Below the pieces are notes generated by a model. It saw only the letters and a program-made list of their open reading frames with translations. It was not told where the DNA came from and did not search any database. Of a stretch of 64,000 nucleotides of DNA, positions 20,911-40,248 are shown piece after piece. Within the stretch, counting starts at the first letter, position 1; each line of letters opens with the position of its first letter. The stretch comes from the human T2T-CHM13v2.0 reference genome, Homo sapiens. The position numbers were made by a program, and so were the translations under genes. The DNA is taken from the NCBI RefSeq assembly GCF_009914755.1, contig NC_060948.1; one strand, written 5' to 3'.

Positions 20911-22465
20911 GTATACATTATGTATATAATAATATACCGTATCATATATATAATATATATAACCTATGTATAATATTGTTTTACATCCTGCATCTTATGT
21001 TATATATATTGTATAAAATATAATAATTGATAATATATAAGTTTTATATTTATACAATATGACATATAGTATATATTATAATTTATGACATATATAATAT
21101 ATGTTATATATCATATATAGAATATATTATACGGTTAATATACGTATTAAATATAAATTATACATTATATATATTATATATAATATATCTGTTATATATA
21201 ATACCCATTATGCATAATATATATATTATGTCTATGTTATATATAGTATAAAACAACAGATAATAATATATAATTGTATATATAAAATGCGACATATAAT
21301 ATATATTATATTTTATAACATATGTAATATATATTATATATTATATATAATACGTTGTATGTATAATACCTATATTAAATATATATTATATGACTATGTT
21401 ATTAATTACACGTCACATGTGTTATATATTATATATTTTACATAGAATATACCGGTTACATACAATATATACTATGTTACCTATAATGTATAATTTATTA
21501 CATGTAAAATAAAGAATGCAATATATTATGTATAATTTATAATATACAATATGTGGAATGTGATATATATAACATATAATATATGATATATGATATACAG
21601 TATATGATATATAACATACAATATATGATTCCTAATATATATGGTATACAATATATATTTTATGACATGTATTCTATATGTTTTATATTCTGTTATATAT
21701 AACTATTTGAAATTATATATAACTGTATAATATTTTATGTAAATATGTAATATAATATATATAACTATATAATATATTATAGATAACTACATATTATGTT
21801 ATATATACTTTTATAACATAATTTACATAAAATATCATAATATAATATATATTATATTATTTCATATTACATAATATATATTACATATCACCCAATATAA
21901 CTAACATACATAATATTATAATATAGATTATATTATGTTATATTAAATATCATATATATCATGTATCATATATTCTATAATATATATTACACATTATATA
22001 ATATGTATGTTGTGTACTATGTGATATATATAACTCTATATATAATTATATTATTATACATATAACTAGATAAACATGTAATTCTACATATTTTCATTTA
22101 TAATATGTAGAATTATATAATCATATATAATTATTTATATTCTATAAAAAATTTTATCATTCTATAAATTATAATATATAAAAATTATCATATGTACTAC
22201 AAATATATATATTGTATATCATATATGATATAGTACCTTTGTTATATATCATAATACATATAAATGTGTATTATGTTATCTATAATTATATAATTTCATA
22301 TATAAGATGTATAATATGTATCATATATTATATATGTTATGTAATATATATAGTATATATAAGATGACACAGGATAAATATTATATACTATGACATATAA
22401 AATATATGAGGTTATATGTTACATATAAGGCATAGCACATAACATGTAATATATATCATATATAA

Positions 22466-22757
22466 TTTTTTTTTAGACAGAATCTTGTCCTGTTGCACAG
22501 GGTGGGGTACAATGGCGCCATCTTTGCTCACTGCAACTTCTGCCTCACGGGTCCAAGCGATTGCCCTCCCTCAGCCTCCCAGGTAGCTGGGACTACACCA
22601 CACTGGGACTACACCAGCTGCCACCATGCCTAGCTAATTTTTTGGATTTTTAGTAGTGACAGCGTTTCACTGTATTGGCCAGGATGGTCTTGATCTCTTC
22701 ACCTTGTGATCCCCTTGCCTTGGCCTCCAAATTTGCTGGGATTACAGGCCTGAGCCA
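22466..22757 (-). mobile_element. Diverged Alu, DYZ2 unit 10
   Basis: Copy of 686-977 (type B: TTGCCCTCCC). Confidence 0.93.
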
Positions 22758-23330
22758 AGATCCATATTTTTTAAATGAAAAAAAATTTCAAAGGTACTCT
22801 GCTTGGTACAATAATCAAATGTATAAACTGAGGAATAAAACATAACCATGAAACCTACTTATAACTGCATATGGAAAATACAGAGGATAATTTTTTAAAT
22901 AACATATTTTGAAAGCCTTAACTAGTAATTTGAAGAGTTGGCATTTGAAAGGCCAGTATGAATATACCTTCAAAGCAGCAACACAGGTTCCCCATGAGAA
23001 AAAGCAAACACAGGGAAAATAAAAACACAAAGGTTCAATCTCTTCTGACCTTTGAAAGACACAGCACAGACAGTGGTCCTTAGGACGAAGAGCAGGAGAC
23101 CCCTAATTCCGTCACCATGGCGATAGGGCATAAACATTGCTGGGTGAGGGCACAATCCACATTGTGAGGTCCAACTGCTGCCAGGAAGACAGGAGTGCTT
23201 TTACATAGACCGAAAGGTCATTGAAGGCTCAGAGTTTTGTTTCAAGAACTGAATCCCAAGCCCACACGTTATTCGGCTGCGCTTCTTAAAACAAGTTATG
23301 AGATGGGAAAAAGGGCACCCACAAACATAC
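22758..23330. repeat. HSATI-like segment, unit 10
   Basis: Copy of 978-1550. Confidence 0.78.
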
Positions 23331-24860
23331 GTATACATTATGTATATAATAATATACAGTATCATATATATAATATATATAACCTATGTATAATATTGTT
23401 TTACATCCTGCATCTTGTTATATATATTGTATAAAATATAATAATTGATAATATATAAGTTTTATATTTATACAATATGACATATAGTATATATTATAAT
23501 TTATGACATATATAATATATGTTATATATCATATATAGAATATATTATACGGTTAATATACGTATTAAATATAAATTATACATTATATATATTATATATA
23601 ATATATCTGTTATATATAATACCCATTATGCATAATATATATATTATGTCTATGTTATATATAGTATAAAACAACAGATAATAATATATAATTGTATATA
23701 TAAAATGCGACATATAATATATATTATATTTTATAACATATGTAATATATATTATATATTATATATAATACGTTGTATGTATAATACCTATATTAAATAT
23801 ATATTATATGACAATGTTATTAATTACATGTCACATGTGTTATATATTATATATTTTACATAGAATATACCGGTTACATACAATATATACTATGTTACCT
23901 ATAATGTATAATTTATTACATGTAAAATAAAGAATGCAATATATTATGTATAATTTATAATATACAATATGTGGAATGTGATATATATAACATATAATAT
24001 ATGATATATGATATACAGTATATCATATATAACATACAATATATGATTCCTAATATATATGGTATACAATATATATTTTATGACATGTATTCTATATGTT
24101 TTATATTCTGTTATATATAACTATTTGAAATTATATATAACTGTATAATATTTTATGTAAATATGTAATATAATATATATAACTATATAATATATTATAG
24201 ATAACTATATATTATGTTATATATACTTTTATAACATAATTTACATAAAATATCATAATATAATATATATTATATTATTTCATATTACATAATATATATT
24301 ACATATCACCCAATATAACTAACATACATAATATTATAATATAGATTATATTATGTTATATTAAATATCATATATATCATGTATCATATATTCTATAATA
24401 TATATTACACATTATATAATATGTATGTTGTCTACTATGTGATATATATAACTCTATATATAATTATATTATTATACATATAACTAGATAAACATGTAAT
24501 TCTACATATTTTCATTTATAATATGTAGAATTATATAATCATATATAATTATTTATATTCTATAAAAAATTTTATCATTCTATAAATTATAATATATAAA
24601 AATTATCATATGTACTACAAATATATATATTGTATATCATATATGATATAGTATCTTTGTTATATATCATAATACATATAAATGTGTATTATGTTATCTA
24701 TAATTATATAATTTCATATATAAGATGTATAATATGTATCATATATTATATATGTTATGTAATATATATAGTATATATAAGATGACACAGGATAAATATT
24801 ATATACTATGACATATAAAATATATGAGGTTATATGTTACATATAAGGCATAGCACATAA

Positions 24861-25159
<299 letters not shown>

Positions 25160-25732
25160 AGATCCATATTTTTTAAATGAAAAAAAATTTCAAAGGTACT
25201 CTGCTTGGTACAATAATCTAATGTATAAAGTGAGGAATAAAACATAACCATGAAACCTACTTATAACTGCATATGGAAAATACAGAGGATAATTTTTTAA
25301 ATAACATATTTTGAAAGCTTTAACTAGTAATTTGAAGAGTTGGCATTTGAAAGGCCAGTATGAATATACCTTCAAAGCAGCAACACAGGTTCCCCATGAG
25401 AAAAAGCAAACACAGGGAAAATAAAAACACAAAGGTTCAATCTCTTCTGACCTTTGAAAGACACAGCACAGACAGTGGTCCTTAGGACGAAGAGCAGGAG
25501 ACCCTTAATTCCGTCACCATGGCGATAGGGCATAAACATTGCTGGGTGAGGGCACAATCCACATTGTGAGGTCCAACTGCTGCCAGGAAGACAAGAGTGC
25601 TTTTACATAGACCGAAAGGTCATTGAAGGCTCAGAGTTTTGTTTCAAGAACTGAATCCCAAGCCCACACGTTATTAGGCTGCGCTTCTTAAAACAAGTTA
25701 TGAGATGGGAAAAAGGGCACCCACAAACATAC
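25160..25732. repeat. HSATI-like segment, unit 11
   Basis: Copy of 978-1550 (type C variants). Confidence 0.78.
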
Positions 25733-27264
25733 GTATACATTATGTATATAATAATATACAGTATCATATATATAATATATATAACCGATGTATAATATTG
25801 TTTTACATCCTGCATCTTATGTTATATATATTGTATAAAATATAATAATTGATAATATATAATTTTTATATTTATACAATATGACATATAGTATATATTA
25901 TAATTTATGACATATATAATATATGTTATATATCATATATAGAATATATTATACGGTTAATATACGTATTAAATATAAATTATACATTATATATATTATA
26001 TATAATATATCTGTTATATATAATACCCATTATGCATAATATATATATTATGTCTATGTTATATATAGTATAAAACAACAGATAATAATATATAATTGTA
26101 TATATAAAATGCGACATATAATATATATTATATTTTATAACAAATGTAATATATATTATATATTATATATAATACGTTGTATGTATAATACCTATATTAA
26201 ATATATATTATATGACTATGTTATTAATTACATGTCACATGTGTTATACATTATATATTTTACATAGAATATACCGGTTACATACAATATATACTATGTT
26301 ACCTATAATGTATAATTTATTACATGTAAAATAAAGAATGCAATATATTATGTATAATTTATAATATACAATATGTGGAATGTGATATATATAACATATA
26401 ATATATGATATATGATATACAGTATATGATATATAACATACAATATATGATTCCTAATATATATGGTATACAATATATATTTTATGACATGTATTCTATA
26501 TGTTTTATATTCTGTTATATATAACTATTTGAAATTATATATAACTGTATAATATTTTATGTAAATATGTAATATAATATATATAACTATATAATATATT
26601 ATATATAACTATATATTATGTTATATATACTTTTATAACATAATTTACATAAAATATCATAATATAATATATATTATATTATTTCATATTACATAATATA
26701 TATTACATATCACCCAATATAAGTAACATACATAATATTATAATATAGATTATATTATGTTATATTAAATATCATATATGTCATGTATCATATATTCTAT
26801 AATATATATTACACATTATATAATATGTATGTTGTCTATTATGTGATATATATAACTATATATATAATTATTTTATTATACATATAACTAGATAAACATG
26901 TAATTCTACATATTTTCATTTATAATATGTAGAATTATATAATCATATATAATTATTTATATTCTATAAAAAATTTTATCATTATATTAATTATAATATA
27001 TAAAAATTATAATATGTACTACAAATATATATATTATATATCATATATGATATAGTACCTTTGTTATATATCATAATACATATAAATGTGTATTAAGTTA
27101 TCTATAATTATATAATTTCATATATAAGATGTGTAATATGTATCATATATTATATATGTTATGTAATATATATAGTATATATAAGATGACACAGGATAAA
27201 TATTATATACTATGACATATAAAATATATGAGGTTATATGTTACATATAAGGCATAGCACATAA

Positions 27265-27579
<315 letters not shown>

Positions 27580-28152
27580 AGATCCATATTTTTTAAATGA
27601 AAAAAAATTTCAAAGGTACTCTGCTTGGTACAATAATCAAATGTATAAACTGAGGAATGAAACATAACCATGAAACCTACTTATAACTGCATATGGAAAA
27701 TACAGAGGATAATTTTTTAAATAACATATTTTGAAAGCCTTAACTAGTAATTTGAAGAGTTGGCATTTGAAAGGCCAGTATGAATATACCTTCAAAGCAG
27801 CAACACAGGTTCCCCATGAGAAAAAGCAAACACAGGGAAAATAAAAACACAAAGGTTCAATCTCTTCTGACCTTTGAAAGACACAGCACAGACAGTGGTC
27901 CTTAGGACGAAGAGCAGGAGACCCCTAATTCCGTCACCATGGCGATAGGGCATAAACATTGCTGGGTGAGGGCACAATCCACATTGTGAGGTCCAACTGC
28001 TGCCAGGAAGACAGGAGTGCTTTTACATAGACCGAAAGGTCATTGAAGGCTCAGAGTTTTGTTTCAAGAACTGAATCCCAAGCCCACACGTTATTAGGCT
28101 GCGCTTCTTAAAACAAGTTATGAGATGGGAAAAAGGGCACCCACAAACATAC
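27580..28152. repeat. HSATI-like segment, unit 12
   Basis: Copy of 978-1550 (type D: GAATGAAAC). Confidence 0.78.
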
Positions 28153-29682
28153 GTATACATTATGTATATAATAATATACAGTATCATATATATAATATAT
28201 ATAACCTATGTATAATATTGTTTTACATCCTGCATCTTATGTTATATATATTGTATAAAATATAATAATTGATAATATATAAGTTTTATATTTATACAAT
28301 ATGACATATAGTATATATTATAATTTATGACATATATAATATATGTTATATGTCATATATAGAATATATTATACGGTTAATATGCGTATTAAATATAAAT
28401 TATACATTATATATATTATATATAATATATCTGTTATATATAATACCCATTATGCATAATATATATATTATGTCTATGTTATATATAGTATAAAACAACA
28501 TATAATAATATATAATTGTATATATAAAATGCGACATATAATATATATTATATTTTATAACATATGTAATATATATTATATATTATATATAATACGTTGC
28601 ATGTATAATACCTATATTAAATATATATTATATGACTATGTTATTAATTACATGTCACATGTCTTATATATTATATATTTTACATAGAATATACCGCTTA
28701 CATACAATATATACTGTTACCTATAATGTATAATTTATTACATGTAAAATAAAGAATGCAATATATTATGTATAATTTATAATATACAATATGTGGAATG
28801 TGATATATATAACATATAATATATGATATATGATATACAGTATATGATATATAACATACAATATATGATTCCTAATATATATGGTATACAATATATATTT
28901 TATGACATGTATTCTATATGTTTTATATTCTGTTATATATAACTATTTGAAATTATATAGAACTGTATAATATTTTATGTAAATATGTAATATAATATAT
29001 ATAACTATATAATATATTATAGATAACTATATATTATGTTATATATACTTTTATAACATAATTTACATAAAATATCATAATATAATATATATTATATTAT
29101 TTCATATTACATAATATATATTACATATCACCCAATATAACTAACATACATAATATTATAATATAGATTATATTATGTTATATTAAATATCATATATATC
29201 ATGTATCATATATTCTATAATATATATTACACATTATATAATATGTATGTTGTGTACTATGTGATATATATAACTCTATATATAATTATATTATTATACA
29301 TATAACTAGATAAACATGTAATTCTACATATTTTCATTTATAATATGTAGAATTATATAATCATATATAATTATTTATATTCTATAAAAAATTTTATCAT
29401 TCTATAAATTATAATATATAAAAATTATCATATGTACTACAAATATATATATTGTATATCATATATGATATAGTACCTGTGTTATATATCATAATACATA
29501 TAAATGTGTATTATGTTATCTATAATTATATAATTTCATATATAAGATGTATAATATGTATCATATATTATATATGTTATGTAATATATATAGTATATAT
29601 AAGATGACACAGGATAAATATTATATACTATGACATATAAAATATATGAGGTTATATGTTACATATAAGGCATAGCACATAA

Positions 29683-29997
<315 letters not shown>

Positions 29998-30570
29998 AGA
30001 TCCATATTTTTTAAATGAAAAAAAATTTCAAAGGTACTCTGCTTGGTACAATAATCAAATGTATAAACTGAGGAATAAAACATAACCATGAAACCTACTT
30101 ATAACTGCATATGGAAAATACAGAGGATAATTTTTTAAATAACATATTTTGAAAGCCTTAACTAGTAATTTGAAGAGCTGGCATTTGAAAGGCCAGTATG
30201 AATATACCTTCAAAGCAGCAACACAGGTTCCCCATGAGAAAAAGCAAACACAGGGAAAATAAAAACACAAAGGTTCAATCTCTTCTGACCTTTGAAAGAC
30301 ACAGCACAGACAGTGGTCCTTAGGACGAAGAGCAGGAGACCCCTAATTCCGTCACCATGGCGATAGGGCATAAACATTGCTGGGTGAGGGCACAATCCAC
30401 ATTGTGAGGTCCAACTGCTGCCAGGAAGACAGGAGTGCTTTTACATAGACCGAAAGGTCATTGAAGGCTCAGAGTTTTGTTTCAAGAACTGAATCCCAAG
30501 CCCACACGTTATTAGGCTGCGCTTCTTAAAACAAGTTATGAGATGGGAAAAAGGGCACCCACAAACATAC
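29998..30570. repeat. HSATI-like segment, unit 13
   Basis: Copy of 978-1550. Confidence 0.78.
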
Positions 30571-32102
30571 GTATACATTATGTATATAATAATATACAGT
30601 ATCATATATATAATATATATAACCTATGTATAATATTGTTTTACATCCTGCATCTTATGTTATATATATTGTATAAAATATAATAATTGATAATATATAA
30701 GTTTTATATTTATACAATATGACATATAGTATATATTATAATTTATGACATATATAATATATGTTATATATCATATATAGAATATATTATACGGTTAATA
30801 TACGTATTAAATATAAATTATACATTATATATATTATATATAATATATCTGTTATATATAATACCCAATATGCATAATATATATATTATGTCTATGTTAT
30901 ATATAGTATAAAACAACAGATAATAATATATAATTGTATATATAAAATGCGACATATAATATATATTATATTTTATAACATATGTAATATATATTATATA
31001 TTATATATAATACGTTGTATGTATAATACCTATATTAAATATATATTATATGACTATGTTATTAATTACATGTCACATGTGTTATATATTATATATTTTA
31101 CATAGAATATACCGGTTACATACAATATATACTATGTTACCTATAATGTATAATTTATTACATGTAAAATAAAGAATGCAATATATTATGTATAATTTAT
31201 AATATACAATATGTGGAATGTGATATATGTAACATATAATATATGATATATGATATACAGTATATGATATATAACATACAATATATGATTCCTAATATAT
31301 ATGGTATACAATATATATTTTATGACATGTATTCTATATGTTTTATATTCTGTTATATATAACTATTTGAAATTATATATAACTGTATAATATTTTATGT
31401 AAATATGTAATATAATATATATAACTATATAATATATTATAGATAACTATATATTATGTTATATATACTTTTATAACATAATTTACATAAAATATCATAA
31501 TATAATATATATTATATTATTTCATATTACATAATATATATTACATATCACCCAATATAACTAACATACATAATATTATAATATAGATTATATTATGTTA
31601 TATTAAATATCATATATATCATGTATCATATATTCTATAATATATATTACACATTATATAATATGTATGTTGTCTACTATGTGATATATATAACTCTATA
31701 TATAATTATATTATTATACATATAACTAGATAAACATGTAATTCTACATATTTTCATTTATAATATGTAGAATTATATAATCATATATAATTATTTATAT
31801 TCTATAAAAAATTTTATCATTCTATAAATTATAATATATAAAAATTATCATATGTACTACAAATATATATATTGTATATCATATATGATATAGTACCTTT
31901 GTTATATATCATAATACATATAAATGTGTATTATGTTATCTATAATTATATAATTTCATATATAAGATGTATAATATGTATCATATATTATATATGTTAT
32001 GTAATATATATAGTATATATAAGATGACACAGGATAAATATTATATACTATGACATATAAAATATATGAGGTTATATGTTACATATAAGGCATAGCACAT
32101 AA

Positions 32103-32417
<315 letters not shown>

Positions 32418-32990
32418 AGATCCATATTTTTTAAATGAAAAAAAATTTCAAAGGTACTCTGCTTGGTACAATAATCAAATGTATAAACTGAGGAATAAAA
32501 CATAACCATGAAACCTACTTATAACGGCATATGGAAAATACAGAGGATAATTTTTTAAATAACATATTTTGAAAGCCTTAACTAGTAATTTGAAGAGCTG
32601 GCATTTGAAAGGCCAGTATGAATATACCTTCAAAGCAGCAACACAGGTTCCCCATGAGAAAAAGCAAACACAGGGAAAATAAAAACACAAAGGTTCAATC
32701 TCTTCTGACCTTTGAAAGACACAGCACAGACAGTGGTCCTTAGGACGAAGAGCAGGAGACCCCTAATTCCGTCACCATGGCGATAGGGCATAAACATTGC
32801 TGGGTGAGGGCACAATCCACATTGTGAGGTCCAACTGCTGCCAGGAAGACAGGAGTGCTTTTACATAGACCGAAAGGTCATTGAAGGCTCAGAGTTTTGT
32901 TTCAAGAACTGAATCCCAAGCCCACACGTTATTAGGCTGCGCTTCTTAAAACAAGTTATGAGATGGGAAAAAGGGCACCCACAAACATAC
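32418..32990. repeat. HSATI-like segment, unit 14
   Basis: Copy of 978-1550. Confidence 0.78.
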
Positions 32991-34520
32991 GTATACATTA
33001 TGTATATAATAATATACAGTATCATATATATAATATATATAACCTATGTATAATATTGTTTTACATCCTGCATCTTGTTATATATATTGTATAAAATATA
33101 ATAATTGATAATATATAAGTTTTATATTTATACAATATGACATATAGTATATATTATAATTTATGACATATATAATATATGTTATATATCATATATAGAA
33201 TATATTATACGGTTAATATACGTATTAAATATAAATTATACATTATATATATTATATATAATATATCTGTTATATATAATACCCATTATGCATGATATAT
33301 ATATTATGTCTATGTTATATATAGTATAAAACAACATATAATAATATATAATTGTATATATAAAATGCGACATATAATATATATTATATTTTATAACATA
33401 TGTAATATATATTATATATTATATATAATACGTTGTATGTATAATACCTATATTAAATATATATTATATGACTATGTTATTAATTACATGTCACATGTGT
33501 TATATATTATATATTTTACATAGAATATACCGGTTACATACAATATATACTATGTTACCTATAATGTATAATTTATTACATGTAAAATAAAGAATGCAAT
33601 ATATTATGCATAATTTATAATATACAATATGTGGAATGTGATATATATAACATATAATATATGATATATGATATACAGTATATGATATATAACATACAAT
33701 ATATGATTCCTAATATATATGGTATACAATATATATTTTATGACATGTATTCTATATGTTTTATATTCTGTTATATATAACTATTTGAAATTATATATAA
33801 CTGTATAATATTTTATGTAAATATGTAATATAATATATATAACTATATAATATATTATAGATAACTATATATTATGTTATATATACTTTTATAACATAAT
33901 TTACATCAAATATCATAATATAATATATATTATATTATTTCATATTACATAATATATATTACATATCACCCAATATAACTAACATACATAATATTATAAT
34001 ATAGATTATATTATGTTATATTAAATATCATATATATCATGTATCATATATTCTATAATATATATTACACATTATATAATATGTATGTTGTCTATTATGT
34101 GATATATATAACTCTATATATAATTATATTATTATACATATAACTAGATAAACATGTAATTCTACATATTTTCATTTATAATATGTAGAATTATATAATC
34201 ATATATAATTATTTATATTCTATAAAAAATTTTATCATTATATAAATTATAATATATAAAAATTATAATATGTACTACAAATATATATATTATATATCAT
34301 ATATGATATAGTACCTTTGTTATATATCATAATACATATAAATGTGTATTAAGTTATCTATAATTATATAATTTCATATATAAGATGTATAATATGTATC
34401 ATATATTATATATGTTATGTAATATATATAGTATATATAAGATGACACAGGATAAATATTATATACTATGACATATAAAATATATGAGGTTATATGTTAC
34501 ATATAAGGCATAGCACATAA

Positions 34521-34835
<315 letters not shown>

Positions 34836-35408
34836 AGATCCATATTTTTTAAATGAAAAAAAATTTCAAAGGTACTCTGCTTGGTACAATAATCAAATGT
34901 ATAAACTGAGGAATGAAACATAACCATGAAACCTACTTATAACTGCATATGGAAAATACAGAGGATAATTTTTTAAATAACATATTTTGAAAGCCTTAAC
35001 TAGTAATTTGAAGAGTTGGCATTTGAAAGGCCAGTATGAATATACCTTCAAAGCAGCAACACAGGTTCCCCATGAGAAAAAGCAAACACAGGGAAAATAA
35101 AAACACAAAGGTTCAATCTCTTCTGACCTTTGAAAGACACAGCACAGACAGTGGTCCTTAGGACGAAGAGCAGGAGACCCCTAATTCCGTCACCATGGCG
35201 ATAGGGCATAAACATTGCTGGGTGAGGGCACAATCCACATTGTGAGGTCCAACTGCTGCCAGGAAGACAGGAGTGCTTTTACATAGACCGAAAGGTCATT
35301 GAAGGCTCAGAGTTTTGTTTCAAGAACTGAATCCCAAGCCCACACGTTATTAGGCTGCGCTTCTTAAAACAAGTTATGAGATGGGAAAAAGGGCACCCAC
35401 AAACATAC
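34836..35408. repeat. HSATI-like segment, unit 15
   Basis: Copy of 978-1550. Confidence 0.78.
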
Positions 35409-36940
35409 GTATACATTATGTATATAATAATATACAGTGTCATATATATAATATATATAACCTATGTATAATATTGTTTTACATCCTGCATCTTATGTTA
35501 TATATATTGTATAAAATATAATAATTGATAATATATAAGTTTTATATTTATACAATATGACATATAGTATATATTATAATTTATGACATATATAATATAT
35601 GTTATATATCATATATAGAATATATTATACGGTTAATATACGTATTAAATATAAATTATACATTATATATATTATATATAATATATCTGTTATATATAAT
35701 ACCCATTATGCATGATATATATATTATGTCTATGTTATATATAGTATAAAACAACATATAATAATATATAATTGTATATATAAAATGCGACATATAATAT
35801 ATATTATATTTTATAACATATGTAATATATATTATATATTATATATAATACGTTGTATGTATAATACCTATATTAAATATATATTATATGACTATGTTAT
35901 TAATTACATGTCACATGTGTTATATATTATATATTTTACATAGAATATACCGGTTACATACAATATATACTATGTTACCTATAATGTATAATTTATTACA
36001 TGTAAAATAAAGAATGCAATATATTATTTATAATTTATAATATACCATATGTGGAATGTGATATATATAACATATAATATATGATATATGATATACAGTA
36101 TATGATATATAACATACAATATATGATTCCTAATATATATGGTATACAATATATATTTTATGATATGTATTCTATATGTTTTATATTCTGTTATATATAA
36201 CTATTTGAAATTATATATAACTGTATAATATTTTATGTAAATATGTAATATAATATATATAACTATATAATATATTATATATAACTATATATTATGTTAT
36301 ATATACTTTTATAACATAATTTACATAAAATATCATAATATAATATATATTATATTATTTCATATTACATAATATATATTACATATCACCCAATATAAGT
36401 AACATACATAATATTATAATATAGATTATATTATGTTATATTAAATATCATATATGTCATGTATCATATATTCTATAATATATATTACACATTATATAAT
36501 ATGTATGTTGTCTATTATGTGATATATATAACTATATATATAATTATATTATTATACATATAACTAGATAAACATGTAATTCTACATATTTTCATTTATA
36601 ATATGTAGAATTATATAATCATATATAATTATTTATATTCTATAAAAAATTTTATCATTATATAAATTATAATATATAAAAATTATAATATGTACTACAA
36701 ATATATATATTATATATCATATATGATATAGTACATTTGTTATATATCATAATACATATAAATGTGTATTAAGTTATCTATAATTATATAATTTCATATA
36801 TATGATGTATAATATGTATCATATATTATATATGTTATGTAATATATATAGTATATATAAGATGATACAGGATAAATATTATATACTATGACATATAAAA
36901 TATATGAGGTTATACGTTACATATAAGGCATAGCACATAA

Positions 36941-37255
<315 letters not shown>

Positions 37256-37828
37256 AGATCCATATTTTTTAAATGAAAAAAAATTTCAAAGGTACTCTGC
37301 TTGGTACAATAATCAAATGTATAAACTGAGGAATGAAACATAACCATGAAACCTACTTATAACTGCATATGGAAAATACAGAGGATAATTTTTTAAATAA
37401 CATATTTTGAAAGCCTTAACTAGTAATTTGAAGAGTTGGCATTTGAAAGGCCAGTATGAATATACCTTCAAAGCAGCAACACAGGTTCCCCATGAGAAAA
37501 AGCAAACACAGGGAAAATAAAAACACAAAGGTTCAATCTCTTCTGACCTTTGAAAGACACAGCACAGACAGTGGTCCTTAGGACGAAGAGCAGGAGACCC
37601 CTAATTCCGTCACCATGGCGATAGGGCATAAACATTGCTGGGTGAGGGCACAATCCACATTGTGAGGTCCAACTGCTGCCAGGAAGACAGGAGTGCTTTT
37701 ACATAGACCGAAAGGTCATTGAAGGCTCAGAGTTTTGTTTCAAGAACTGAATCCCAAGCCCACACGTTATTAGGCTGCGCTTCTTAAAACAAGTTATGAG
37801 ATGGGAAAAAGGGCACCCACAAACATAC
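37256..37828. repeat. HSATI-like segment, unit 16
   Basis: Copy of 978-1550. Confidence 0.78.
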
Positions 37829-39360
37829 GTATACATTATGTATATAATAATATACAGTATCATATATATAATATATATAACCTATGTATAATATTGTTTT
37901 ACATCCTGCATCTTATGTTATATATATTGTATAAAATATAATAATTGATAATATATAAGTTTTATAATTATACAATATGACATATAGTATATATTATAAT
38001 GTATGACATATATAATATATGTTATATGTCATATATAGAATATATTATACGGTTAATATGCGTATTAAATATAAATTATACATTATATATATTATATATA
38101 ATATATCTGTTATATATAATACCCATTATGCATAATATATATATTATGTCTATGTTATATATAGTATAAAACAACATATAATAATATATAATTGTATATA
38201 TAAAATGCGACATATAATATATATTATATTTTATAACATATGTAATATATATTATATATTATATATAATACGTTGCATGTATAATACCTATATTAAATAT
38301 ATATTATATGACTATGTTATTAATTACATGTCACATGTCTTATATATTATATATTTTACATAGAATATACCGCTTACATACAATATATACTATGTTACCT
38401 ATAATGTATAATTTATTACATGTAAAATAAAGAATGCAATATATTATGTATAATTTATAATATACAATATGTGGAATGTGATATATATAACATATAATAT
38501 ATGATATATGATATACAGTATATGATATATAACATACAATATATGATTCCTAATATATATGGTATACAATATATATTTTATGACATGTATTCTATATGTT
38601 TTATATTCTGTTATATATAACTATTTGAAATTATATAGAACTGTATAATATTTTATGTAAATATGTAATATAATATATATAACTATATAATATATTATAG
38701 ATAACTATATATTATGTTATATATACTTTTATAACATAATTTACATAAAATATCATAATATAATATATATTATATTATTTCATATTACATAATATATATT
38801 ACATATCACCCAATATAACTAACATACATAATATTATAATATAGATTATATTATGTTATATTAAATATCATATATATCATGTATCATATATTCTATAATA
38901 TATATTACACATTATATAATATGTATGTTGTCTACTATGTGATATATATAACTCTATATATAATTATATTATTATACATATAACTAGATAAACATGTAAT
39001 TCTACATATTTTCATTTATAATATGTAGAATTATATAATCATATATAATTATTTATATTCTATAAAAAATTTTATCATTCTATAAATTATAATATATAAA
39101 AATTATCATATGTACTACAAATATATATATTGTATATCATATATGATATATTACCTTTGTTATATATCATAATACATATAAATGTGTATTATGTTATCTA
39201 TAATTATATAATTTCATATATAAGATGTATAATATGTATCATATATTATATATGTTATGTAATATATATAGTATATATAAGATGACACAGGATAAATATT
39301 ATATACTATGACATATAAAATATATGAGGTTATATGTTACATATAAGGCATAGCACATAA

Positions 39361-39675
<315 letters not shown>

Positions 39676-40248
39676 AGATCCATATTTTTTAAATGAAAAA
39701 AAATTTCAAAGGTACTCTGCTTGGTACAATAATCAAATGTATAAACTGAGGAATAAAACATAACCATGAAACCTACTTATAACGGCATATGGAAAATACA
39801 GAGGATAATTTTTTAAATAACATATTTTGAAAGCCTTAACTAGTAATTTGAAGAGCTGGCATTTGAAAGGCCATTATGAATATACCTTCAAAGCAGCAAC
39901 ACAGGTTCCCCATGAGAAAAAGCAAACACAGGGAAAATAAAAACACAAAGGTTCAATCTCTTCTGACCTTTGAAAGACACAGCACAGACAGTGGTCCTTA
40001 GGACGAAGAGCAGGAGACCCCTAATTCCGTCACCATGGCGATAGGGCATAAACATTGCTGGGTGAGGGCACAATCCACATTGTGAGGTCCAACTGCTGCC
40101 AGGAAGACAGGAGTGCTTTTACATAGACCGAAAGGTCATTGAAGGCTCAGAGTTTTGTTTCAAGAACTGAATCCCAAGCCCACACGTTATTAGGCTGCGC
40201 TTCTTAAAACAAGTTATGAGATGGGAAAAAGGGCACCCACAAACATAC
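39676..40248. repeat. HSATI-like segment, unit 17
   Basis: Copy of 978-1550; private G>T at 39874. Confidence 0.78.
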